From Microthyrium microscopicum (Eukaryota), in NCBI GenBank assembly GCA_010405405.1, contig MU004232.1, forward strand, positions 2,499,481 to 2,544,827: DNA of 45,347 nucleotides, in the 5' to 3' direction. A program made the translations under genes and the position numbers. Positions 12,576-24,650 of this stretch are shown here, piece after piece (the first letter of the stretch is position 1; each line of letters begins with the position of its first letter). The notes under the pieces were generated by a model. That model ran no database searches, was not told the origin of the DNA, and saw nothing but the letters and a program-made list of their open reading frames with translations.

Positions 12576-12582
12576 TGAGTCA
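12576..12582. promoter_or_regulatory. Gcn4/CpcA/CPC-1 response element TGAGTCA upstream of ProRS
   Basis: Exact TGA(C/G)TCA about 130 bp upstream of the ProRS ATG, flanked by two copies of TTTGGTGGTGGGG (12516-12528, 12585-12597). A second TGACTCA lies at 13054-13060. Confidence 0.55.
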
Positions 12583-13184
12583 ACTTTGGTGGTGGGGCAC
12601 AGTCAACGGAGTATAATTATGCCAGGGCTGGTACGACAAAACAAATGGTTCGCTCCCATCAACTTTGATGTCCCCCACCGTATCTGATGGTGAGAACACT
12701 CGATATCCCGGAGTGTTTCATACTTATCTTGTCAACCGGTTGGTACTCAATATATCGATGTCTTTGGTCGATGCCATTGGCTAAGTCAACAATCCAACAT
12801 GGTGTATGAGAGTCCCTGCAGTTGATGTGAGCAGGCCAACTATTCTCTCCAGTAATTGCTTAGCAAGATAGAATGTGACGTGGATAGTCATATAATGACA
12901 TTGAAAGTCATACAAGTTGACCGAAGTATGAGTCTAAAACGGAGCCATAGATGCTCCAGTTTGATACAAGTACTTCATACCCAAAGAGATACCTGAAACA
13001 AACTTAGATCTCCTTTTCGGGAGTATGACAGACCACTTTCATTAAGAATTTATTGACTCATTTCTCAGAGTCGACGTCTAAGCCTCCTCGCTAATGTCAC
13101 ATACACTCTTGAATCGTGACTGGACTCGTATCAAGATTATACAAACCGCCAAAAATCAATGCGATGGTCATTTGTACATGATAT

Positions 13185-14013
13185 TTATCCTTTAACCACC
13201 TGGCAGACCTTATATTCAACAATAGTATCCTCACCAGAGATCTCAAAGTGACCAGCAGCGCAAAAAACCATAGTCTCAAGCTCCTTGTACTTTTCAGAGC
13301 CGGTCTATGTCAATTAGCATTTGATCACTGGAAATTTTCCAAAGCACTAAGCATGACGAACCTCAAACTCGAAAGTCATGACTGTAGAACAATTAGCTGG
13401 TATCCTTTGATTGCGTTTGTCAAGATAGTTTAGACTTACATGAATCACCGTACTCAGTCGTCTTCATGTCTTCCGCGTGAGTAAGCACTCTCATCACCGC
13501 TGGAGAAGTGAACATTGGCCCTTTATAGTACATGGCAACCAGCTGTAGTAGGTATTAGTACCTGCAGACACTGATGCGCGTCAAAGGGCTGTGATATGTA
13601 CCTCGCCATCCTTTGTCCTACAAAATGTTAGTTTCAGCATGCATCTTAAACCGATGAAGACTCACTTTAGCTGCGATCGAACGTCAAGTCGCAAATGACC
13701 ACCGGTAGCGTCTCCGCGAATGTAGTCGTATCCAACACCATGTCTGTCCATATCAGAGTCATATCTACCTACGACTAGACCTCAACTTACAGCTCGGCGT
13801 CAACTGCAGGTTCAAAACCAGGTTCTGACTTGACTGTACCTCCAACCATGGGAACTACAGTGAGAGGCGTTCCTCTTGACGCACTTCCAACTGACCATCC
13901 TGGATCAATCTTGGCCTAAACATATCGGAATCAGCTATCGACCTTCTCTGGATGAACGAAGTCCTACTTACGCGGACAGTAAATGCCGGTTTTAGAGACG
14001 GAAATCCTGACAT
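13185..14013 (-). CDS. DUF3237/UPF0311-like protein, 167 aa, 7 exons (14013-13972, 13915-13791, 13743-13666, 13617-13602, 13542-13440, 13381-13362, 13304-13185)
   Basis: Six GT-AG introns join into a 504-nt open frame: MSGFPSLKPAFTVRAKIDPGWSVGSASRGTPLTVVPMVGGTVKSEPGFEPAVDAELHGVGYDYIRGDATGGHLRLDVRSQLKTKDGELVAMYYKG..TEYGDSFMTFEFETGSEKYKELETMVFCAAGHFEISGEDTIVEYKVCQVVKG*. The GxDYI, RLDVR, FETG and VEYKV motifs recall DUF3237. Confidence 0.88.
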
Positions 14014-14475
14014 TTTGAGTGATCGATTGGATTTGGGTATAGGCCAAGTGGGCTGGGAACTTTCAGTGGAATACAAATTACTTGAAGGTATTTATCAACT
14101 TGTCAGACAAACAGAGAGTTTATGTAAAGATTTCGGCCAGATGGTTGACATCAGAGGAGAAGTGAAATGTATGCGGGGGTTGAGCAACTTGCCTCCAGCA
14201 GATCCGCCAGTCCGGGTCAGAGTCAGCACATGCTACGGATTATGAAACTTAAAGAAGATGATTTTACTATATCAATGGCCTGAAACCCGATTCACAGGTG
14301 GCACTGAGTGCTAATAAAGAAATGTGTTTTGCTAAAACTGTTTAAGATTCGGGTCGAATGCCACGACGTGGATCGGAAATATCATAACGTAAACAAACGA
14401 GGTAAAAAGTACTCAAATGTGTATAATGCCGTTCCTCATATCCAAAAAGATCGCTGAAATAGTTCGAGTGACGAT

Positions 14476-17400
14476 TTAAAATCCTTTTCGTGCCTTCTTC
14501 TTCTTCACAGATGTCAGGCCTTGACTACCCATAGTCAACTGCGTGCCGAACATGCTTTGAGAAATTCTCATCTGTGACCCCATGCCATCCCCCGATATTA
14601 GTGACCCCTGAGTCGACCGTTCCAACTGTGTACCCAAGAGTGCCGTCTTCAGAGCGGAGGCCTGACTGGCTTCAGGCCGAACATTGATTTGAGTTGGTGC
14701 TTGCGACATCTGCGTGAAACGCTGCGATTCGATGCGCTGTTGTCTCTCCAGATCTTTCTGCCTCTTTTCTGCGCTCGCGCGGTCGGCTTCCGACATGAGA
14801 GCAAGAGCTGCTTCGCGATCGTCCTGTTGCCAGCGCTTCATAAAGTCGTAAGTTTTTGGGTCAGTGCCGAGCTCCCAGTGACCGAGATTGCGTGTTGTGG
14901 CAGGTGAGCTAGCAGGAATATTTTTAGAGACGCGCAGGAACTTCTCAAGAACAGATCGGCTGGAATCAGGGGTCTCTTCTTCCAGCCGCGCTGTCGAGAT
15001 GGGAGCTTGTGAGTCGAAAAGTGGTACGGGAGGCCGAGCTGATAACACTCGTTGGCCATCTGGTTCTCTTGATGATGATGCGACCACTGGATCATCACGT
15101 GGAGGACTGTCGAGTCCTAAAGAGCTTCGGGTCGTCTGTATCAGCATTCTTTGTCTTTCCAAAGATGTAGTAGGGGCCTTCAAAGAAGCAAGATAGATCT
15201 CTAGCGTCACATCTCGTACAACAATGACCCTCAGCTTCTGTAGCGCTAAAGTCCTCTTGCGTAAAGTGGTGACGAATATGCTTAGAATATCTTCGTAGAG
15301 TTTTTCGAGGCTATCACACTGCAGGCCAAGAGTGAGTCCTGATATTGCCAATAGGTTTGCGTTAGTTTCTCTATTGCCAGATCTTGCCAGAGTCGAGTTG
15401 AGCAGTTGACCGATCTCATCAATGGAACAGTCTGGTAAAGAGACGCGCAGTCTTTCCGATCTATTTCCAGTCAGATAATTTAGTTGGAATTTTGCCTAGA
15501 GAACACTCACACAGTCGCCGTAGGCTCGATCCGCATATCCAAGAAGCCTTTGGCAGAGATTTCCCGCATGAACTCATCAATATTAGAAACACGGAGAAGC
15601 TTTGACAATGATGAAGACCAGGTCATTGACAGAATTGTGCCATGAATCTGTTGGTAAACGCGGTCCAACTTGAACCGAGGTGTAGTGCGACTTCTTTCAT
15701 TTCTCTTCATTCTGTTCTCCACGAACTTGTCTTTGGGAGATTTGACCATTCGCTTGTTCATTCTTCCTATCTCTGTCTGAGAAACATCCGGTATAAAAGG
15801 GCTCTGCGGTGTAACCACTTCATTTACTGCCCATCCACGAGTGAAAGTGGGTAAAGTCACAGATAAAGGTTGGATATCACGTCTGTTCTCTGCACGATTA
15901 TAGAAGATGGTACGCCACAACGACCCATCTTCAAAAACAATCAGAAGTTGATAGACCGGTATGCCGTATTCGTCCATTCCCTGGGTATCAGAGGCAGTTA
16001 TTGCAATGTCAGATATCGCATGCCCAGCAAATATTGGGTTGCCAGCTTTCGAAGGTACAATGATTTGTGTGGGCTCCGCGGTCATGATATGCGATGGAAT
16101 CTGACCCTCTTGATACGAGAATCGATAGCACGAAATAACTGGATTATTACGTGAGAAGAGAAACATCAGGTATTCTAGATGGTCAGCAAATTGACCGATT
16201 TGGAGTAATGAGTCGCTTACCATCCTGAAAATCAAGAATTTTCATACGCAAACTCAAGTCATTCTGGTCTCGAAAATGGCGGGTATTGATTGTCTCATTG
16301 AATCGAATGATAACCTTGCCTATGGCAAAATCTTCTTTTGCTTCGAGTTGCAGCCAAAATATTCTCGAGGTCGTAAGCACGAATACTTGGTCTCTTTTTG
16401 GTCCCACCATTCGAACATCAAGATTCATCGCGGGTTCTGTAGCTTTAAAGCCTGAAAATGGAAAGCGAGCCATGCTCTTTAGGTGTATGCACTGAAGGTG
16501 TGTTCGGCTGCACAGAAGTAGAGTTGCTTCATTGATTACCCAGGCGACCCTCGCCCAACCATCCTCAATAACTTCGTTGTTTGCGACCGGCTCATTAAGA
16601 CGATCGTCTTCTGGCTCGCGTGGCATTTGTTCTGGGTAGAACATAAAGTCGCCCTGGTAAGTGGGTTTGGGTATCCTGGAGAACGATAGCTTCTTGGGTT
16701 TCTGTGGAATAACGAACACCGCCCAGTGGCCGGCAGCGTCTATCAAAACAACTTGACGATCAAACCAAGGGTTGAATGCGACGTCCGCGTGCTGTACAGA
16801 GGAATCCTTGATTTTGATCTCCATCGCGATTTCTTGCTCGATGCGATGAAGAGACTCAATCCCACCGTGAATGGGCATCTTGATAGGAACTTGTAACTCG
16901 TTATACCACAAAAAGAATACAAGAGTTTTGGCTGGTAATCTCAGAGCCATGTATCGAGTGCGCTGCTTGGAACCCTGCGTGATGGGGGCAGAAATAGCGA
17001 TTTGTCGAATTGGCGCTCCTGGTCCTTTCCAAATCCCTGATCTTGGAGTGAACTGGAGTAATCGGCATCGAATCGAGGGCCGAAGTCTAAACCATGTGCT
17101 CTGATAACGCATACCAGAAAACTGAACAGAGTCCCCGTGGACACCGGCCGGCGTTATCAAGAAAGGCAGGAATTTGATGGTTGGTCGAAATTGACCAAAG
17201 ACAATGAGATCGCCAACAGCCGGATCATATTCGTTCAGTGATTGTGTAACCATCCATGATGAAATCAAATCGACTCCGAGTCCCGGTGCCGGGTTATGTA
17301 GATGTGGGAAGGCGTCTGCAGCGATTCTTGAGAAAGCGGTCGCATCTGTCACGGGCACGTACTGGGAGCCAGCAGATGTCGATTCTGGTTGGGCGAGGAT

Positions 17401-17541
17401 GATGTTTTCAAGGTGACTCAGAATGCGATAATCGTCTCGTTTATGATAAGCTCGCGCGGTATTCCAAGCTCTTTCATCCGTATCATAAGTAGAAGAACCA
17501 AAACGGCCGTATCCTTGGCTTCTCAAGGCGAAATCAGCCAT
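14476..17541 (-). CDS. RRN6: RNA polymerase I core factor subunit Rrn6-like; exons 17541-16221, 16174-15511, 15460-14476
   Basis: Three ORF segments are joined in frame by introns 16220-16175 and 15510-15461. N-terminal YGRFGxxxY..W, HADVAFNPW..IDAAGHW, HFRDQNDLSL, HWELGTDPKTYD and the basic C-terminus KKKKARKGF match Pezizomycotina Rrn6-like proteins as I recall them. Confidence 0.75.
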
Positions 17542-18415
17542 TTGGGGGCACAAGCGGATCGAGGAAGCGGATTCTGAGTGCGGTAGTCATAGCTATCTTT
17601 GAAATAAAACTCTTGCATAGATGCAATTGTTGAAGCCTAACGTAGTCAGCTTCCCCGCAACCCAATCAAGCAAGCGCGATAGCTCTGAGAGGTGAACTTC
17701 TAGACAACTGAGGTGGTGAGGCAGCTCGGAGAGAACAAGAACGCGACGGGACTCGGGAGGTTAAGCACCGACCAGATGGTAACAGGTAGAGGGCTGCACC
17801 TGCCTATTTGGGAAGGCGCGATTCCATTGGTGTAATGCTTCATCCTTAATTGATCAAGGACATACTTTTGTAGTAATTATTTCTGCCACTATTCTTCGAG
17901 AAAAACTTCTCTTTTGGCATTCCATCATGATGATGGGCAAAACGAGAAAGTAGAGGGGCTCACTGGTATTCCAAGCAGACCAAGTGGTTCACGAGGAATC
18001 GAGTTATACTGTGAATAACAATCATGAGAGTCCATTATGTCGATATATACTATTCTATGGCGAGCTCCTGGATTTCATGATGAGTAACTCCCCTACTGTA
18101 TGATTCTAGCGGTAGGCTACACACATCGAGTCTGCCAACCACTACAGGAAAGGACCTGCTCGGAAACTTGCAGTTGTCACCCAGGCTTCAGCCAACCGGT
18201 TTGGATGAAGTACCATCGCAGAATAACAACCATCTCTTAGCCATCCTCATCACATATCCCACATCTTTCATCCGCTACTAAACACATCCATCATTACATT
18301 ATTCCATCATCCACTTGGCACAACTACAAGCTTTTCGTTAGAACCTTCATATCTATCACTTCGACATCAGCTATTCCACACCATAGCACTCACTACTGCC
18401 CGCCCAGTCATCAAG

Positions 18416-19081
18416 ATGTGTATGGAGCAGTCTACTTCGTGGGACTGCGGTTTCAGCCACAACACCATTTTCCCATGCAGCGATCGATGCCAAGAGATCA
18501 ACAAGAACAGCATCAAATGTAATCCAGGCCCATGCCCTGATTGCATACGCGGGGGCCATCCTAAGTACATCAAGACGGGAACCAAATGGACGTGGAACAC
18601 AACAGTACAACACTCCTACCACAACTATGGGATCCAAGATAGCGTTGCAGAGCAAGAAGTTGAAACGGAAGCTAGATGGTTCACTGGGAGATTGAAAACT
18701 GCGCCAAACAAACTCGGAGAAACGACGAAAAACCTCGGAGATGAGGTGGCGGCCAAATATCCAACCAAGGCCGAAAAGTCCAAGAGTAACAGCGAGGCCA
18801 AGGATTACAAAGCTGTCAGGGACGAGCGGATTGCCAACAAAAAGCTCAAGCCCATGGTTAGCAGCGAGACCAAGGATAACAAAGCTGTCGGGAACGGGTG
18901 GATTGTCGAGAAAAAGCCCAAGAGTAACAGCGAGATCAAGGACAACAAAGCTGTCAAGGACGAGCAGATTGTCGCCAAAAATCCCAAGGGTGATAACGAG
19001 ACCGACGATGACGAAATTGTTAACGACAATTGGCTTGTCGTCGAGAAGCCATCGGATTGGGGCATCTTCAAGAAGTCATAG
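18416..19081 (+). CDS. Hypothetical 221-aa protein with Cys/His-rich N-terminus and four Lys-rich 22-24 aa repeats
   Basis: Intronless ORF with ATG in good context (AAGATG). Pattern MC..C..H..C..C..C..C..C. The repeats preserve the frame. Confidence 0.65.
   Translation: MCMEQSTSWDCGFSHNTIFPCSDRCQEINKNSIKCNPGPCPDCIRGGHPKYIKTGTKWTWNTTVQHSYHNYGIQDSVAEQEVETEARWFTGRLKTAPNKLGETTKNLGDEVAAKYPTKAEKSKSNSEAKDYKAVRDERIANKKLKPMVSSETKDNKAVGNGWIVEKKPKSNSEIKDNKAVKDEQIVAKNPKGDNETDDDEIVNDNWLVVEKPSDWGIFKKS
18774..19050 (+). repeat. Coding tandem repeat, about 66-72 nt unit, four degenerate copies
   Basis: Recurrent CAAGAGTAACAGCGAG..CAAGGA(T/C)AACAAAGCTGTC..GATTG, encoding KxKSNSExKDNKAVxDExIV. Confidence 0.8.
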
Positions 19082-19334
19082 TCACCCACGAATTCGGCTT
19101 TCAGACATCAAATATGAGGTGCACAAGTCGGCGTGCTCGAGAGAGGAGGCGAATTCTTTTTTGTTGTCATTTTCATTCTGCTATGGTTAGCCAGCATGGT
19201 GTTTGGATGGTAGACGGTAGTCTAGGCACGAAAGGCGCAAGGTTAGATATTTGAAACGGATCGCATTCAATCATACTACCATTATTTCGGTACCCGAACT
19301 GCCTTTCATCCTATGCTCTTCGTTGTGCTATGCT

Positions 19335-20127
19335 TTACTTGAACACCTTCACAAAAATCTCCCGCATGCCTTTGAAGAAAGGACCAAGCTCACGACTCTC
19401 GTTGAGCCGATCCAAGCAGGCGTCCACTTCATCCATCTCAACCTTTGGTCCAGTCTTCAACACCCGATATTCTCTCTCGCTTGTGTCTAGCTCGAACCAG
19501 GCTTCCCGCTCCCACTCTTTCTCGCAGACATGTGTGAAGACAAACTTGAGTCGGTCTGCCTGGCCTGCACCCTCAATACGCATACACAAGTGATCTTCCC
19601 AAAACTGTAATTCTGGTCCATTCCACCTTGATTGAGAGTGTAGGTATCGTGCTTGTTTTGCTTGGACTTCGCGCCGGGCGGATAGTGTGGATTGAAGCCC
19701 GGACAACTCGTTCTGCAGTTCGTCTCGTTTTTCTGCCAACTCATCACGATGTTGTGTAAGGGAACTAATCTGGGCATGCATTTCGGCGGTCTCGGCGTTT
19801 TCTTTGGAAATTGTTTGCGCGTGAGTTTGGGATTTGAGTTGCGCAATTTCGATTTCTTGCTTGCGTTGATGTTGGTCGGCTGTGAACATTGTTAGCAATC
19901 AGCAGCTAGAGGTGGGCGCAATACAAACCCTTGATCTCAGATACATGCTTGCGGAATTTATTGCGCTCGTCAAGCACTTTTTTGCGTTCTTTCTCGATGA
20001 AAGCGTCAAATCGGACAGTAAATTTGCTCATGCGATCGCGTAGATCCTCGAATCCAAAGTTGACTGATGGCAGCGTGTCTGCCATTGATTCGCGAGCTTG
20101 CGGAAGTTCTAGAGTAAGGGTCGCCAT
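19335..20127 (-). CDS. SPC25: Kinetochore Ndc80-complex subunit Spc25; exons 20127-19929, 19879-19335
   Basis: SMADTLPSVNFGFEDLRDRMSKFTVRFDAFIE, a coiled coil, NGPELQFWEDHLCMRIEGAG..DRLKFVFTHV..WEREAWFEL and FFKGMREIF. Intron 19928-19880. Confidence 0.92.
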
Positions 20128-20388
20128 GATGAAATTGTTATAGTCAAAGAGTGAGCTTGTTTGTAATAGTTGTGGTGGTTGGACTGAAGTTGAGGTGGTT
20201 TGAAGATGGATGTTTGGATTGCTCGAGATGGTTTGTTTACTGACAGATATCCTTTTTGGGACTAGCGCCATCTCCAAGACGCGCTTCTTTTGCTCTCTTC
20301 AGTCACATCCATTTGTAAACCTTTTTGTGAAGTACTACAATTATTTCCTATGTTTCTTCATCTGCTAGTCGACGATTACAGCGACTGA

Positions 20389-21195
20389 TTATTTGTCAGC
20401 AGTTACTAGTGCCGTGCAGCTGAATCTGCTCTCGTCGACCTTCTCGCGATTGATATATGGATAGACACTCAGTCCCAGCACGCGTTCAGAGAGGATGTCC
20501 TCATCAGGACCCAAAAGACCGCGATCCACAGGACCCTTCCGCCTGCCTTCTAGCTCCCACAGGTGTCCATCTTTGCCCTTCACAAACGCCGTGAATCCAT
20601 AAGGCACTGGGTCGCTGGGAAGAGGCACATTCGAGTCTCCGCCATGAGCAGCCTCGGCGTGCGCAATCTCCAGGAATTCCGAATCATACACCTGTTGGGC
20701 GCGCGCGTCAGGTTTCGCCGGAATCGCCTTGTCTACGAGTTTGTCCAGCTCGCTACCTGGTGTGATATGTGCAGCTGCCTCGCCATTGATGATGCAGTGA
20801 AGCATGCCCATCAATCCACAAGCATGTCCAACGGTCTGACGGAACCATAGAACAGGCTCATTAGCTCCAGAGCCATCGTAGAGCGCCATTCCTGCGTCTT
20901 CCTCCGCCAAAGCCTCTTCGGAGTTTTTGGTGATTGGGAAAAGCCAGAGGATCGCGTAGACTGGACGTGGGACCATGGCCATCAGTGAGTCCTCGGTGAC
21001 GGAGTAGACGTCTACGAATTCGAGATCGTCAGATAGGCCCAAGCGATGAGCGAGCTTTGTCATGACGCTAGGGTTATTCTCTTTTTCCAGGTCAGTATTT
21101 CCCACTCAGCCTTGCGAGCCAACTTTCATACCCAAAGGCACCCAAACCTTGCCCGATGAGAGGACGTGTGGATCTGAAACTGCAGAAGGAGACAT
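20389..21195 (-). CDS. Ubiquitin C-terminal hydrolase family (peptidase C12, UCH-L3/Yuh1-like) protein with a degenerate catalytic triad; exons 21195-21132, 21080-20389
   Basis: Spliced WVPLENNP, FVDVYS, PRPVYAILWLFP, WFRQTVGHACGLMGMLH and GHLWELEGRRKGP. The His position reads Gly (VPYGFTAFV). Confidence 0.9.
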
Positions 21196-22291
21196 CTTAT
21201 CACTTAGATGTTGATGAGCTTGCTGAAAACTGTGAATTTTGATGTTGGTAAGAGGTGCAAAGTGTCAAGAAGAGATACTTTATGGAAGTACAATTTCTCA
21301 TGCAGATAATAGGCTGACGTTGCTCGCAGCTGCCTTGCATTTGCATGTCCCACCTACATCAGTCCACCTGCAGAAAGTATGAGAATATTTCCAGAATCAA
21401 CTTCCTAAGAACCTAGGAATCTAAAAGAATGGTTGTTTATTTTTTTTCATTCCGGCGTACTCAGATGGTAAAACACTGTTGTCAATTGCTGTTTCTCACG
21501 TACAGGAGATGTGAAATTGCGAAGTCGTTGTTTTGATTCTCTTCCCGTATATGCGCGAGCGAAGATAGACAAAACTGCAAGAAAAGCAGCACCAAAATCC
21601 GAGTCAAGGCATCGATTATTTTGTCGATAATGGTCTTCTGCTGAAGAGGCGCAGAGCGTCTAAGGCTGGGGAGAAATGCATTTTGGCCGGAACCATGAAT
21701 TCGCCAATGTTTGGTTTCGATGATGCCAACACATGCGCCATGGTCCAACCCCTGATCTAAGAGCCATATCTCTGGGAAGCTGAAAGATCCTGGTAGTTGG
21801 TGTATGTTGTTAATCTCAACTTCTTGTTAAGAATTGCAATTTGTACAGGTTCGGTGCATGTCAAGTTTGAAAGTCTACGAAAATGAGGTTCTGCACAAAA
21901 AAAGATGCCTTTGAAGATGGGTCAGAGCATTGCTCTGTTTTATCTATTATTGCTAGCAGTCAGGGGGACTTTACACCAAGACGGTTACGGATCATGAAAG
22001 GTATTGTCATCAACTGTCATTAAGGCTGACTTGCCTGTGGTATTGCCTGAAATTCCTTGGTGATCTGGTTTGCTATATCGACTCGCCTTTGGCTTTCATT
22101 GCAAGCCTACCAAACTTGGCGATAAATGAGGTTGTATGCAAAATACAAGACCAAATGTCTATCCTCTATGTGTTCGCATTACGCCAATTATGCACTTCGA
22201 AGATCTCTCTTGTCGTATTGACATGCTACCATCAGGCTGACGAACTGGACTGCACTGTCATAGCCACTCCTATTCTACACATTTCTCAGTA

Positions 22292-24201
22292 ATGCCACCC
22301 CCTAATTTCCCCTCCGTTTACGAGGAATTTCTACTCAAAGGTGATGTAAATGAACCTGGTCCACTTGGAAATTGCACCAAAGTGGTCATACAATACTCAA
22401 ACATCGTCTCAGCACCCGTGAGAGTGGTAAATATTACTCTCTCTGTTATCGCGACCACAGTTGCGGCCATCTGTTTCGGTAAGAGTGGTGACATTACCAA
22501 CCAAAGACTTCAAGAGCTCAATTTAGCGTAGCACGCCGTTTACCTCGACTGATCAGATGGAGAACTTACGGCATTGGAAGATGGAGTAAGTACCTACCCA
22601 GCCGCAGGTGTTCCAAATCATATATCACACTAACACCCTTATCAGTACTGTTGTTAATATATATCATTGCATGGCTAGCATTCCTCATGGCTACGATAGC
22701 GCGGAATGGGCTTGGATCTTACCGATCCGCCAAGTATTGCGATGAACAGTTTCTATTCAGTAGTTGTCTCTGTACAAGACTTACTTGAGATACTAATCTT
22801 AGTCAGGCCTAGTGTTTTTCGGTTCGGTTGATCCACTTGTTTACTTCTACTTCATTGAAAGATGCGTAAGTGCTTTAATGTTGGATACTCTCGAGTCTCA
22901 AGGCTAACAGCACATTTTAGTATGTGATCAACAGTCATATGGTAAAGCGATGGCAATCGCCATTGTATATCGGCAATCTGATATTGATACTTGGTAAGCC
23001 TCAGTCACTTATTTCCTTGAGGGTTCGACTAATATCTCAAGGTCCATATGCTTTCCTATTTACTTTGCAACTTCATTATCGTCAAGCCTTCATTAAAGAC
23101 GCGATGTGTTACCAGAGAAGAGAGCGATTTGCTGTGCTTACCATGGCTAGCTTTCGTATCATTGTCTTGGCCTATCTTACTGGCTTGTTTTTATATCCCT
23201 TGATCAAAAAGAAGATGTTCAGCTCCAGCCAGCCATCCTCAAAGAGACGGACAGCCTTGCGACGCCTTGCTATGAGGACATTTGTAGCAAGTTGCGTGAT
23301 ATTGATCGCGGACACGACACAAGCAATCGCCGAAACAATTCTAAATGGCGAACCGGGATGGCTATTACTCAACACAAACACAGCTGAAGCTCTTGTTACA
23401 GTGATGATACTTCACTGGTTAACATCAGTCAATTCAAGCGACGAACCTGCAATCCATTCAAGTTCCGATCCAACAGACAAAAGCTTCGGCGGCTCACCTA
23501 GACCACCAACTAATTCTTCTCGCTCACATACATTCCGCGCTGCCGGCGGTCCAATAACTGACAATTCTCAGTCTCAGTACTCTGGCGACGAAGACAACAA
23601 GGACCCTGAGCGTGCCTTCTCACTCGGCAGCAAAACCATCACCACCGTCTGCTCCCATGACCCTACCAACGCCTTCCGCATGCCCAACGCTCGACACAAC
23701 AGCATCTCCGTCGTCACCACCCACAGCCACCAATCCGAGCCACAAGAGTCCCCATCTGCGCTTCGAGCAAACGCACCACCTCTTCCCCAAGCAGATCCAC
23801 CACCTCCTCAAGTGCACATCCCCGCCGCGCCAGTACTACCCTTTGCCTCTGCACCCATCGGCCTCGCCCGTGGCTCCCCATTACACGACCACCCGGTCCC
23901 ACCCAGCTGGCTAACCCAAGACCCCATGGAGGACCCACGGCCACTAAGCTACCAACCGCGCGGCAGTTTCCACGCACAGCGCAAACAACGCAGCGGCTCA
24001 CTAGGCTATGCGCGCCATAGGCCAAGTGTCAGCATGCCAGAAGTAGAGACAGCAGCATTTCCGATGCCGCCTGCAGCCCTGAGACGCTCGCTAAGCCACC
24101 GAAGCAAGCCAGCGACATCGTCGCTTAAGCCCTCGAACAAACTGCCAAGCATGTGGACGTTGAGGGATGGGGATGAGGGCTTGACAGGAGAGATGTTTTA
24201 G
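22292..24201 (+). CDS. Uncharacterised multi-pass (about 7TM, GPCR-like) fungal membrane protein with long disordered C-tail; exons 22292-22478, 22532-22585, 22646-22759, 22807-22865, 22921-22993, 23042-24201
   Basis: Five GT-AG introns give a continuous frame with successive hydrophobic segments. Motifs YFYFIERCYVI, LFLYPL, LRRLAMRTF and LNGEPGWL..LHWLT recall a widespread fungal 7TM family. Confidence 0.72.
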
Positions 24202-24650
24202 AGACACGTGCGTTTCAGGAAGGGGTGGTAGAAGACTGGTCAACGGCATGCGGGGAAGGAAAAGAAGGTTTTGGGTGCATGATTGGATGCTGGAAAGAAT
24301 GTTAGTTTCGTCGTGGCCTCGTGGTGGTGGAGCGTGGCAAGCTTTTTTGTGTTTCGGTCGCTTAGGGAGTTTCCAAACCGGTGTGGTTTGAATATCGGTA
24401 GCGCAGATATTGTGGTAACGGCGACTAGAAATGCATGTTGACTATCTCAAGCACTCCTTGATCGGGCCATTGCGCCTAGCAACAGAATAGAAACGAATTG
24501 AAGATTGAATTTCGTATGCATTACTCGCTCAAATGCGGTCATGAAAAGAGCCCCCAATAAAAATATGTCTAGGAGGTATCGAAGTGTGCAAAGCGGTGCC
24601 TTTCCCACATAATCCCATAAAAACAAAGCGGGTATCAAAAATGCTCAACA

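Noticed and set aside
18070..18140. ATGATGA resembling a snoRNA C box
   Set aside because: No suitably placed D box (CTGA), terminal stem or recognisable rRNA guide.
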